From an uncultured Bacilli bacterium (GTDB taxonomy: Bacteria; Bacillota_I; Bacilli_A; RF39; UBA660), in NCBI GenBank assembly GCA_934095865.1, contig CAKOKU010000004.1, positions 18,672 through 82,671 of the forward strand: a stretch of 64,000 bases of DNA, given 5' to 3'. The notes under the pieces are model-generated. The model searched no databases and had not been told where the DNA came from. It saw only the letters and a program-made list of their open reading frames with translations. A program made the position numbers and the translations under genes. Position 1 is the stretch's first letter. Each line of letters opens with the position of its first letter. Below, one piece after another: positions 29,597-38,133 of the stretch.

Positions 29597-30277
29597 ATGG
29601 AACAATATAGTAGAATATTAAAATTAATAGATAATAACACATTAAGTTGTATTCAAGAAAAAAGTGTTGTCATTGTTGGTATTGGTGGAGTTGGTGGCTA
29701 TGCCTTAGAAATGTTATGTCGTTTCGGCCTTAAAAAAATAACCATTATTGATGCCGATGTTGTTGATATTTCTAATCTTAATAGACAAGTAATCGCCTTG
29801 CATAGTAATATTGGTGTGTCCAAAGTAGAAATAGCTAAAAAGAGAATTTTAGATATTAATCCATCATGTCAAGTTACTGATATTTGTGTATTTTTAAATG
29901 CCAATAATATAAATGATTACATACCTAAAAATGTTGATTATATTATAGATTGCTGCGACACAGTTACTACTAAAATGGAATTAATTAAATATGCTAAAAA
30001 GAATAATATTCCAGTAATTTCTTCTATGGGTACCGGTAATAGATTAGACGCTACTAAACTTATGATAACTGATATATACAAAACGAAAAACGACCCATTA
30101 GCTAAAGTAATGCGTAAATTATGTAAAGAAAATAATATAAAACATTTAGATGTTTTAGTAAGTAGTGAATTACCAATAAAAACTCATGATCATACACCTG
30201 GTTCAACACCATTCGTTCCAAGTACCGCTGGTATTTATATAGCAAATTACATTGTTAGAAAATGGCTCCAAAATTAA
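29597..30277 (+). CDS. tcdA: tRNA threonylcarbamoyladenosine dehydratase (ThiF/MoeB family, YrvM-like)
   Basis: Rossmann motif VVIVGIGGVGGYA...IIDAD. Size and neighbourhood match yrvM. Confidence 0.8.
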   Translation: MEQYSRILKLIDNNTLSCIQEKSVVIVGIGGVGGYALEMLCRFGLKKITIIDADVVDISNLNRQVIALHSNIGVSKVEIAKKRILDINPSCQVTDICVFLNANNINDYIPKNVDYIIDCCDTVTTKMELIKYAKKNNIPVISSMGTGNRLDATKLMITDIYKTKNDPLAKVMRKLCKENNIKHLDVLVSSELPIKTHDHTPGSTPFVPSTAGIYIANYIVRKWLQN

Positions 30278-30302
30278 ACCTCTCTTAATAGACAAGAGAG
30301 GT
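30278..30302. terminator. Bidirectional terminator between tcdA and rarA
   Basis: ACCTCTCTT (30278..30286) pairs with AAGAGAGGT (30294..30302), flanked by A/T runs. Confidence 0.7.
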
Positions 30303-30307
30303 CGTTT

Positions 30308-31504
30308 TTATTTCTTCATTTCTTGATTGCCAAAATTTAAAGAATCTTCATACTTACTATGTTTAGCATAATAATAGTGTTTATTTTTAACATTATCAGG
30401 TAAATATTGCTGTTTAACCCAATATTTAGGATAATCATGAGGATATTTATAATTTGGAGAACTAGTTTTAATATGTTCAGGAACTTCGCCTGTATTGCCC
30501 ATTCTAATATCATTTAAAGCATTATCAATTGCATTTTCACTAGAATTACTTTTAGGTGACAGAGCCATTTCTAAGACTACTTGGGCTAAGGGAATCCGAG
30601 CTTCTGGTAAGCCTAAAAGTTCTGCAGCTGAAATCGCTGCCATAACCTTAGGGCCAATCGAAGGATTGGCTAAGCCAATATCTTCATAAGCAATTACACT
30701 CATACGTCTATAAATAATATCTAGATCTTCTGCCTCAATTAAACGGCCCAAGTAATAGATAGCCGCATCGGCATCACTACCACGAATCGATTTTTGGAAT
30801 GCTGAAATAATATCATAATGGCCATCATCATTCTTATCAAAAAAAATAGCCGGTTTAGAACTAATATTTTTAATTGTATCTAACGTTATATTTTTATCTA
30901 ATACACACATCGAAGCAACATCTAAAGTATTAATTGCCGTTCTAACGTCGCCACTGCTTAATTTAGCAATCGCAAATAAAGTTTCGTCATCAACCGTAAA
31001 GTTTTCTTTAATAGCTACCTTTCTTAAGCATTCAACAACATCGTCTAGCACTAATGGTTTAAGCTCAAAAATTTGGCATCTACTCCTAATAGCTGGATTA
31101 ATTTTATGGTAAGGATTACTAGTTGTTAAGCCAATTAATATTATAATTCCCGTTTCAATATATGGTAATAAAATATCTTGTTTATCTTTATTCATGCGAT
31201 GAATTTCATCAATAACCAAAATTAAATCTCCATACATCTTCGCTTCTTCAATGGCTATAATAAAGTCTTCTTTCTTCGATGATGTAGCATTTAAAAACTT
31301 ATATTTTTTATCATAAGAATTAACTAGAGCCCAAGCTATTGAGGTTTTGCCAATACCAGGTTTACCATATAAAATCATTGAAAAAAGCTTCTTGTTTTGA
31401 ACCATATTTGAAAGAATCTTATTGGGACCAATCAAATGCTTTTGGCCAACAACATCATCTAAGCTAGTAGGCCGATATTTATTAGCTAATAATTCCATAC
31501 TCAT
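30308..31504 (-). CDS. rarA: Replication-associated recombination protein A (MgsA/RarA AAA+ ATPase)
   Basis: YRPTSLDDVVGQKHL, Walker A GKPGIGKTS, Walker B LVIDEIHR, and the MgsA C-terminal domain (FQKSIRGSDADAAIYYL). Confidence 0.93.
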   Translation of the reverse strand: MSMELLANKYRPTSLDDVVGQKHLIGPNKILSNMVQNKKLFSMILYGKPGIGKTSIAWALVNSYDKKYKFLNATSSKKEDFIIAIEEAKMYGDLILVIDEIHRMNKDKQDILLPYIETGIIILIGLTTSNPYHKINPAIRSRCQIFELKPLVLDDVVECLRKVAIKENFTVDDETLFAIAKLSSGDVRTAINTLDVASMCVLDKNITLDTIKNISSKPAIFFDKNDDGHYDIISAFQKSIRGSDADAAIYYLGRLIEAEDLDIIYRRMSVIAYEDIGLANPSIGPKVMAAISAAELLGLPEARIPLAQVVLEMALSPKSNSSENAIDNALNDIRMGNTGEVPEHIKTSSPNYKYPHDYPKYWVKQQYLPDNVKNKHYYYAKHSKYEDSLNFGNQEMKK

Positions 31505-31621
31505 CTCCCTAAACTTTCTTTAGATATTATAACATAATGCTTGTTATTTAATAAATTTAATTTTATAATCAACTTAGAATAAACGAAAAAATATTAATTT
31601 TAAGAAAGGAAATTTAACTAA

Positions 31622-32512
31622 ATGGCCGATTTTTTACAAGATAAATACATAAATGTTTACCTAGATTATTTAAAATATGAAAAAAAATTATCAGAAAATA
31701 CTATAATGTCTTATTCTAATGATTTAAAGCATTTTTTTATAAAAAACATTAATTATTTAAATTTAAAGGAAAAAGATCTAAGTAATTATATCAGAAGTTT
31801 AAACAACTTAGATAGGCGTAGCTTAGCTCATCATCTAACTGTTTTAAACTCTTTTTATTCTTTTTTACTATCCGAAGAAATAATCAGTTATAATCCCTGT
31901 GCTAACTTAAAAATGCCGAAAATAACCCCTAAATTGCCAGATTATTTAACCAGAGAAGAAATAAATAAACTATTAGATATAAAATTAGAAAAGCCTAATG
32001 ATTACCGTAATAAAGCCATGTTAGAACTAGCCTTTGCCAGTGGTCTGCGTGTTAGTGAATTAACTAATTTAAAAATAAGTGATATTAATTTTGACGATTG
32101 TTATGTAAGAGTACTAGGGAAGGGGAGTAAAGAAAGAATTGTTCCTATCATTGATACGGCTCTAAATTATGTAAAACTATATATTGATTTATACCGAAAT
32201 TCTTTATTAAAACAACATGACAGTGAATATATTTTTATCTCTAGTTATGGTACAAAAATCACTCGTCAAGCATTCTTTAAATTTATTAAAGAAGAATGTA
32301 GTAGAAAAAATATTAAAAAGGAAATCTCACCTCATACCCTTCGTCATTCTTTTGCTTCAACCCTTTTAAAAGGTGGCGCTAATATCAGGGTAATTCAAGA
32401 ACTTCTAGGTCATGAAGATTTAAAGACCACTCAAATATATACGCATTTAATAGATGAAAAATTAAAAAAAGACTACGAAGAATTTCACCCTCGTAGTCAT
32501 AAAGTGAGCTAA
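31622..32512 (+). CDS. xerD: Tyrosine site-specific recombinase, XerC/XerD family
   Basis: SAM-like N-domain. Catalytic region GLRVSEL...HTLRHSFASTLLKGGANIRVIQELLGHEDLKTTQIYTH, ending ...EEFHPR as in RipX/XerD. The assignment to XerD rather than XerC is not secure. Confidence 0.8.
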   Translation: MADFLQDKYINVYLDYLKYEKKLSENTIMSYSNDLKHFFIKNINYLNLKEKDLSNYIRSLNNLDRRSLAHHLTVLNSFYSFLLSEEIISYNPCANLKMPKITPKLPDYLTREEINKLLDIKLEKPNDYRNKAMLELAFASGLRVSELTNLKISDINFDDCYVRVLGKGSKERIVPIIDTALNYVKLYIDLYRNSLLKQHDSEYIFISSYGTKITRQAFFKFIKEECSRKNIKKEISPHTLRHSFASTLLKGGANIRVIQELLGHEDLKTTQIYTHLIDEKLKKDYEEFHPRSHKVS

Positions 32513-32517
32513 CAATA

Positions 32518-32652
32518 TTATTCTTCGTTAGCACGGGCATGACATTTGCTATTATTTTTAGCACTGTTATGACATTTTGCATTATTTCTTGCGTTATTAC
32601 GTGCTGATGACGTATTTTTTGCATTATTTCTTGCATTGTTCTTTGAATTCAT
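32518..32652 (-). CDS. Unannotated 44-aa Asn/Lys/Arg-rich peptide with two KCH motifs (minor SASP-like?)
   Basis: AGGAGG, then TAATT, then ATG at 32652. Translation: MNSKNNARNNAKNTSSARNNARNNAKCHNSAKNNSKCHARANEE, stopping at TAA 32518..32520. It falls below the ORF-track size cutoff, and the track ORF 32385..32636 is in a different frame. Confidence 0.55.
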   Translation of the reverse strand: MNSKNNARNNAKNTSSARNNARNNAKCHNSAKNNSKCHARANEE

Positions 32653-32753
32653 AATTACCTCCTAATAATATTGTTGACAGAAAAAATATTTTCATACCCA
32701 ATTTAATTGCCAATTTCTGGTTTTAACTGAAATTTATTATCATATTATTTATT

Positions 32754-33485
32754 GTGATATTTATGAATGATTTAAACGCCTTATTACTAGCTTTCATTGC
32801 GGGTTTTGCTACTAATATTGGAATTTTATTTACCTACCTAGGTCACAAAAAAGTAGGGGAGATAATTGTGGTATCCCTTTCTTTTGCTTTTGGTGTAATG
32901 ACACTTATTAGTATTAAGGAACTAATTCCCCAGCCTTTAAATTATATTTTCCATACCTTAAATTTTGGAGCTGGAATAATTATTTTGTTTCTTTGTCCAT
33001 TACTAGCTTTTATAATTGTTAAACTATCAAAAGCCAAAATAAAAGAGGGAAGTAGTTTATATAAAGTAGGAGTATTAAATATGTTGTCATTATTAATTCA
33101 TAACATCCCTGAAGGTATAGTTGTTTTTACTTCCAGCATTGCCAGTCCTACTTTAGGGTTAAAGATAGCATTATCTATAATGGCTCATAATTTACCAGAA
33201 GGAATTTGTATAGCAGTACCAATATATTATAGTACTAATAATAGAAAAAAAGCATTATTATACACATTTATATCTGGAATTGCTGAACCAATTGGAGCTT
33301 TATTAACGTATTTATTTTTAAAACCATTTATTAGTTTGATATTCTTAAGTATTATTTTATATTTTGTCGGTTGTTTAATGTTAATAATTGCTATTACGGA
33401 AATTCTTCCAGAAATCTTGTCATATCATAAAAAAATATGCTTTTGTTTAGGCATATTATGTTCATTATTGATTTTATTAATATAA
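32754..33485 (+). CDS. zupT: ZIP-family divalent metal transporter (ZupT-like)
   Basis: HNIPEGI and HNLPEGI motifs and about 8 TM segments. The start is either GTG 32754 or ATG 32763. Confidence 0.85.
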   Translation: MIFMNDLNALLLAFIAGFATNIGILFTYLGHKKVGEIIVVSLSFAFGVMTLISIKELIPQPLNYIFHTLNFGAGIIILFLCPLLAFIIVKLSKAKIKEGSSLYKVGVLNMLSLLIHNIPEGIVVFTSSIASPTLGLKIALSIMAHNLPEGICIAVPIYYSTNNRKKALLYTFISGIAEPIGALLTYLFLKPFISLIFLSIILYFVGCLMLIIAITEILPEILSYHKKICFCLGILCSLLILLI

Positions 33486-33565
33486 TCTTGTAATAATATA
33501 ATATTGATATAAAGTAAGCAATTAAATATATAATTTATCATAGCCTAAATATAGCTAAAATAAAA

Positions 33566-33593
33566 TGTTAACATAATATATATTATGCGAAGT
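33566..33593 (-). other. dif: Chromosome dimer resolution site dif (XerC/D target)
   Basis: The minus strand reads ACTTCGCATAA-TATATA-TTATGTTAACA. It matches E. coli dif (GGTGCGCATAATGTATATTATGTTAAAT) at 22/28 positions and B. subtilis dif (ACTTCCTAGAATATATATTATGTAAACT) at 23/28. It is noncoding, lies between convergent genes, and sits at the strand-polarity switch. Confidence 0.75.
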
Positions 33594-34069
33594 GAGATTT
33601 ATCTAATCTTAGTCTTAAAATATTATTATATCTATCTAAATAATAACTTTTATATTCAATAATATTTATATTATCTTTATTATTAATCATATAGAAAGCT
33701 TAATTTTATGAAAAACAATCATTAATCATATATTTTATATAAGTTAAAATTAATTATTCGTTTACTCATTTATTTTTCATTTAATTGTATAATTATATCC
33801 ATTTGTTAATTAATTTAGATGAATCGAGATGAATAATTATCCATCTCAAAACATTTCGATGTACGAAAATTTAAGTCTTTTTTAGTATTTTATCACATAG
33901 AAAAACCAACATTAAAAAATAGATAATCAATGAAAAATTAAAACATTTAAATATATCATTTCGTGCTTCCCCTTCTCCATCAAATGACAAATAAATAGGG
34001 GACTTGCATTTCAAAAATATATAAAAGAACATCATATTTTATTTTCTATTCAAAAATTGAAATTAATAT

Positions 34070-34840
34070 TTAATTTTTTCTAGCTAAAATTTCTAATATT
34101 TTTTCAATAACTTCATTACCATTAGAGTTATCCATTTTTGAATAATTTAATTCTTTTAAAGCTTGGATTTTAACAGCACTTAATTCCTGAGTACGGGATA
34201 TTTTTTCTTCTTTTTTAGCTTCAATTTCAGCCAACCAACGACGATGTGCCAGCTGTAACTTGCTTCGCGATGAGCCACCATTATTATATAATCCTAAAGC
34301 CGTATATAATATTCCTTCCAAAATAAACTGTTTATCTTCCTGTAATTTATATTCTTCAGGATCTGTATAGCCACCAGTTTTACTCATATAACCAAAAATA
34401 TATCTAATTTCAGGAATGCTATCCATCATTAATAGTGTATGATAAAGATAAGTTAACGTATAAAAATTTTCTTTTTTATTATTATCTTCACTCAAACGAT
34501 CTTTTAATAAAGATGTAATATTGCTTAAAAGTTTCTGACTATCTGAATTTAAACCTTTCATATCAATAAAGCTATCACTTTCATCATGACCTTTAGTACC
34601 TTTATTGAGTCTTGATTCAACGCTCATTAAATAATCAGTAGTTATCTTTATATTTTCAATTTCTGTACCATCACTAATATCTAAGAGTTTATATAACATA
34701 ATTTTCTTTTCTTTAGGCCATTTATTTATATCATCTAATTCTAAATAGTTGTAAACCATCTGTCTAGATACGCCAAGGTATTTTGCCAACCTTACTTTTG
34801 AAATCCCTAATTCTTGAAAAAGATCATTTAGCTTTTGCAT
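34070..34840 (-). CDS. XRE-type helix-turn-helix protein with an uncharacterised C-terminal domain
   Basis: N-terminal HTH ISKVRLAKYLGVSRQMVYNYL. Upstream RBS GGTAGTGGAG. No family recognised for residues 60-256. Confidence 0.7.
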   Translation of the reverse strand: MQKLNDLFQELGISKVRLAKYLGVSRQMVYNYLELDDINKWPKEKKIMLYKLLDISDGTEIENIKITTDYLMSVESRLNKGTKGHDESDSFIDMKGLNSDSQKLLSNITSLLKDRLSEDNNKKENFYTLTYLYHTLLMMDSIPEIRYIFGYMSKTGGYTDPEEYKLQEDKQFILEGILYTALGLYNNGGSSRSKLQLAHRRWLAEIEAKKEEKISRTQELSAVKIQALKELNYSKMDNSNGNEVIEKILEILARKN

Positions 34841-34944
34841 CTACTCCACTACCTTTCAGCCTTTACATAATAATTATATCATTTGTAGTTTACATGTCAA
34901 TTAAAAAAGCAACTTTACAGTTACTTTGTTGCGTGATTTCAAAT

Positions 34945-36051
34945 TTATAAATACCACAATTTATTATCTTCTTTATATATTTCTTTAATAATTCCAGAAC
35001 CAATACATTCTTCACCGAGATACATAACACATGCTTGTCCGGGAGTAACTGCCTTCACTCCTTCCGGATATTTAACTAACATTTCTCCTGAATCTAAGTA
35101 TTCTAATTCAACAGCAAAATCTTCGCCGCGGTATCTAAATTTAGCCGTAGCTTTCGTTGGTAATTCGTCAATTAAAAGATTAACATCTTCTATCAAACAA
35201 GACGTACTTATTAGATATTTACTATCATCACCAAAGGCTACATACAATATATTTTTTTCAACATCTTTGCCACACACATAATGGCGTTGTAAATTACCAG
35301 ATATTCCAACATTACGTCTCTGACCAATTGTATAATTCATTAATCCTGTATGGCGGCCAATTACTTTCTTCGTTTCAACATCAACAATATCACCAGGATT
35401 AGGTTTTAAGTAATTATGAATAAACTTTTGATAATTTCGTTCGCCAATAAAGCAAATACCTGTCGAATCTTTTTTATTAGCGGTCTCAAGGTTTAATTCA
35501 GCGGCTATTTTTCTTACTTCCGGTTTTTCTAAACCACCTACTGGGAACAATACATTTTCTAAGGCTTTTCTATTAACCTGTGCTAAAAAATAGGTTTGAT
35601 CTTTATTCTTATCAATTCCTCTTAAAAGATGACCATTAACCATTCTAGCATAATGACCTGTTGCAATATAGTCAGCTCCTAGCTTTTTAGCTTCCTTAAT
35701 GAATAAATCAAATTTTATGTATTTATTACACATTAAATCAGGATTGGGAGTTCTCCCCTTCTCTAACTCTGTCAAAAAATACTTAAAAACGTTATCCCAA
35801 TATTCTTTAATAAAATCGACTCTATGAAGAGGAATATCTAATTGTTCGCAGACCTTTTTGGCATCATTATAATCTTGCTCTTGAGGACAAATGTTTTCGC
35901 CAAAAGTTGGATTTCCCTCAATATCATTGTTTAAAGCCGCATCCCAATTGCGCATAAAAAGGCCTATAACATTATAACCTTGTTGTTTTAAAAGATAAGC
36001 AGAAACTGAAGAATCAACTCCCCCACTCATGCCAACTACAACTGTTTTCAT
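34945..36051 (-). CDS. mnmA: tRNA-specific 2-thiouridylase
   Basis: PP-loop VVVGMSGGVDSS and a full-length MnmA. ATG at 36051 follows GGAAGTGA (the track ORF extends to 36084). Confidence 0.95.
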   Translation of the reverse strand: MKTVVVGMSGGVDSSVSAYLLKQQGYNVIGLFMRNWDAALNNDIEGNPTFGENICPQEQDYNDAKKVCEQLDIPLHRVDFIKEYWDNVFKYFLTELEKGRTPNPDLMCNKYIKFDLFIKEAKKLGADYIATGHYARMVNGHLLRGIDKNKDQTYFLAQVNRKALENVLFPVGGLEKPEVRKIAAELNLETANKKDSTGICFIGERNYQKFIHNYLKPNPGDIVDVETKKVIGRHTGLMNYTIGQRRNVGISGNLQRHYVCGKDVEKNILYVAFGDDSKYLISTSCLIEDVNLLIDELPTKATAKFRYRGEDFAVELEYLDSGEMLVKYPEGVKAVTPGQACVMYLGEECIGSGIIKEIYKEDNKLWYL

Positions 36052-36137
36052 AAAGTACATCACTTCCACAAAATATTTTATCAAATTAAGTCTTTAAAGT
36101 CTATTAAAATACATTTTTAAATAGCCAATTATCCATT

Positions 36138-36719
36138 TTAATTGAGTAAAAATAATAATTTAGTTAATATCTCTTTGCTAAAAAAATATACAATTATATC
36201 ATTTAACAAAATTATCATCGCAATAATGCCAATTGCAGAACAAATTCTCTTTATTTGCCTTTTTCGCATATCTTGATCATCAAAAAGCATTCCTAAAACA
36301 GCTTTAGATAAATCAAAACATTTTAAGAGAATAAATAAAAGACAAACTATATATACAAGTTGCAAAACAAAAGAATATAAAAAACCACTAACTAAGCCTT
36401 GAATGCCAAAAGTCAAAGTTAATAAATAAATGCTAAAGCCAATACACATTCCCTTAGAAAATAAATAAAGTACATTAAAGATATATAAAGGAGCCAAAAA
36501 AGAGTTAACAATTAATATCATACAGATAACTACATGTATTATAATCAAATTAATTCTTTTATTTAGTAGCGTTTCTTTAATGTTTTTAAAGCTATAAACT
36601 ACATCATTTTTAAAAATAATATCTTGTTTAATTCCCAAAATAATGCCAAAAATAAGTCCAACAATAAAAATACTTATTAAGAATGCTACTATAACCTTAT
36701 GCTTCGACCAATATTTCAA
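36138..36719 (-). CDS. spoIIM: SpoIIM-like integral membrane protein (stage II sporulation protein M family)
   Basis: 193 aa with 5-6 TM segments. The topology and size resemble SpoIIM. In B. subtilis, spoIIM lies near ripX (xerD). Confidence 0.5.
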   Translation of the reverse strand: MKYWSKHKVIVAFLISIFIVGLIFGIILGIKQDIIFKNDVVYSFKNIKETLLNKRINLIIIHVVICMILIVNSFLAPLYIFNVLYLFSKGMCIGFSIYLLTLTFGIQGLVSGFLYSFVLQLVYIVCLLFILLKCFDLSKAVLGMLFDDQDMRKRQIKRICSAIGIIAMIILLNDIIVYFFSKEILTKLLFLLN

Positions 36720-36800
36720 TTTTCTTCACCTACATAAGTATATTGGCAAATAAATAAATTTATGCTAAAATTATCTTAAGTAAGAAAGAAGGATAACAAA

Positions 36801-36899
36801 ATGTCAAAGAAAGCACAAAAAATCATTGTATGGACGATGTTAATTGTTATGGTAGCTGGTATTGTTGCTTCCTATGCTGCAATGTTTATATCAAGATAA
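36801..36899 (+). CDS. Unannotated 32-aa single-TM peptide (DUF4044-like)
   Basis: GAAGGA RBS, then ATG at 36801. Translation: MSKKAQKIIVWTMLIVMVAGIVASYAAMFISR, stopping at TAA 36897..36899. A strong terminator follows immediately. Confidence 0.55.
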   Translation: MSKKAQKIIVWTMLIVMVAGIVASYAAMFISR

Positions 36900-36936
36900 A
36901 ACCCATTTAGAAAATCAACTCTCTAAATGGGTTTTT
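36899..36936. terminator. Bidirectional intrinsic terminator (small peptide gene / mscL)
   Basis: AAACCCATTTAG pairs with CTAAATGGGTTT (12 bp), flanked by A/T runs. Confidence 0.75.
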
Positions 36937-36942
36937 ATTAAT

Positions 36943-37332
36943 CTATTTTTTTAAACTATCTCTAATTTCTCGTAATAATAATACTTCTTCACTAACTTCT
37001 TTAGCTTTATCTTTCTTAGTATCTTCTTTTTCTTTCTTTTTAGTTATGGTATTTATTATTTTAATAAATATAAAAATCGAAAACGCAATTATTAGAAAAT
37101 CTATTACATTTTGAATAAATGAGCCATACATTATACTAGCAGAACCAACTTTAATTGAAAGGTTGCTAAAATCATGGCCACCAATTATAACTCCTATAAA
37201 TGGCATCATAATATCATTTACTAATGAACTAACTATTTTAGAAAAAGCATTACCCATAACAACACCAACAGCTAAATCTAAAACATTACCACGCATAATA
37301 AATTTTTTGAATTCTTCAATCAACTTCTTCAT
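36943..37332 (-). CDS. mscL: Large-conductance mechanosensitive channel
   Basis: [26 protein letters not shown] at 37332 follows GGAAGGTGA. Confidence 0.93.
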   Translation of the reverse strand: MKKLIEEFKKFIMRGNVLDLAVGVVMGNAFSKIVSSLVNDIMMPFIGVIIGGHDFSNLSIKVGSASIMYGSFIQNVIDFLIIAFSIFIFIKIINTITKKKEKEDTKKDKAKEVSEEVLLLREIRDSLKK

Positions 37333-37371
37333 AAAAATCACCTTCCACTACTTCTTATCATATCAAAGAAT

Positions 37372-38046
37372 TTAACAGTTTTCAATCTTCGTATCATTGC
37401 CACCATCAAGATATGCTAAATATTCATTATCACGTTTCTTAATATTTAAAAAATAGTATTCTAAATCTTTAAAATTATCCAAATATTTTTTCTTATCAGC
37501 AAACGAGATATTATCATTAACTAAATTGCCATCAAAACGATCCAACATCAACATTTTATTTTCAATATAACGTTCCGTTATTAAATTATCAACTAGCTTT
37601 AAACGTAACATTTTATTATTAGCAAGTAGTGTATAAGCACCATAAACACTATCCATCATTGCATATGCTACCACGTTAACAGCATATTCACCGGAAAAAT
37701 CAACTAAATTTCTGCCTTGTTTTATATCATCATACTCCTGATAAGTAACGGCAAAATCTTCATCTTTAATACCAAATGATTCCATAGCATATTTTGCCAA
37801 TATTTCAATTAAATCTATTTTTGTTAAGTCTTTAGCTTTTTGGCGTCCATCTCTTCTAGCACTAATAAATTCATATTTATTATTAAACTTAATACCATCT
37901 GGTAATACCGACTCATCATCAAATAAAACAAATTTTATAGCGTTAGTGGCATTTCTAATACCTTGTGATTCTTTTGTACCTATAAAAATATCATCCAACC
38001 ATTGCATCTTGCATTCTATAATATCATTAATACTATTATCTATCAT
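37372..38046 (-). CDS. Hypothetical cytoplasmic protein, 224 aa
   Basis: Long ORF on the locally dominant strand. No family recognised. Confidence 0.55.
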   Translation of the reverse strand: MIDNSINDIIECKMQWLDDIFIGTKESQGIRNATNAIKFVLFDDESVLPDGIKFNNKYEFISARRDGRQKAKDLTKIDLIEILAKYAMESFGIKDEDFAVTYQEYDDIKQGRNLVDFSGEYAVNVVAYAMMDSVYGAYTLLANNKMLRLKLVDNLITERYIENKMLMLDRFDGNLVNDNISFADKKKYLDNFKDLEYYFLNIKKRDNEYLAYLDGGNDTKIENC

Positions 38047-38133
38047 ATCTACCTCTATTTATATAATAGCATATTTTTATTCTTTATTTAAAAGTTTTAT
38101 CTATTTTTAACTAACTTAATTAAAAAAAGAGCC

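Noticed and set aside
32385-32636. Track ORF of 83 aa overlapping the 3' end of xerD on the opposite strand.
   Set aside because: It overlaps xerD antisense, has no RBS, and is in a different frame from the 44-codon ORF that does have a consensus RBS (32518..32652).
32653-32753. Zur/Fur-type operator between the small peptide gene and the ZIP transporter.
   Set aside because: There is no palindrome resembling the Firmicute Zur box (TCGTAAT-N-ATTACGA-like). Only AT-rich sequence and an isolated TTGACA are present.
33650-33680. Second dif-like sequence (CAATAATATTTATATTATC) that could mark a dif-integrated element.
   Set aside because: The arms do not match GCATAA/TTATGT, and the resemblance is what an AT-rich sequence gives by chance. 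The 12-nt direct repeat ATTAATCATATA (33683 and 33721) is likewise within chance expectation for this composition.
33854-33868. The palindrome TTTCGATGTACGAAA shares ATGTAC with B. subtilis RTP Ter sites.
   Set aside because: My recollection of the Ter consensus is imprecise, RTP is restricted to close Bacillus relatives, and no rtp-like gene is visible. I kept it only as a palindrome in the desert finding.
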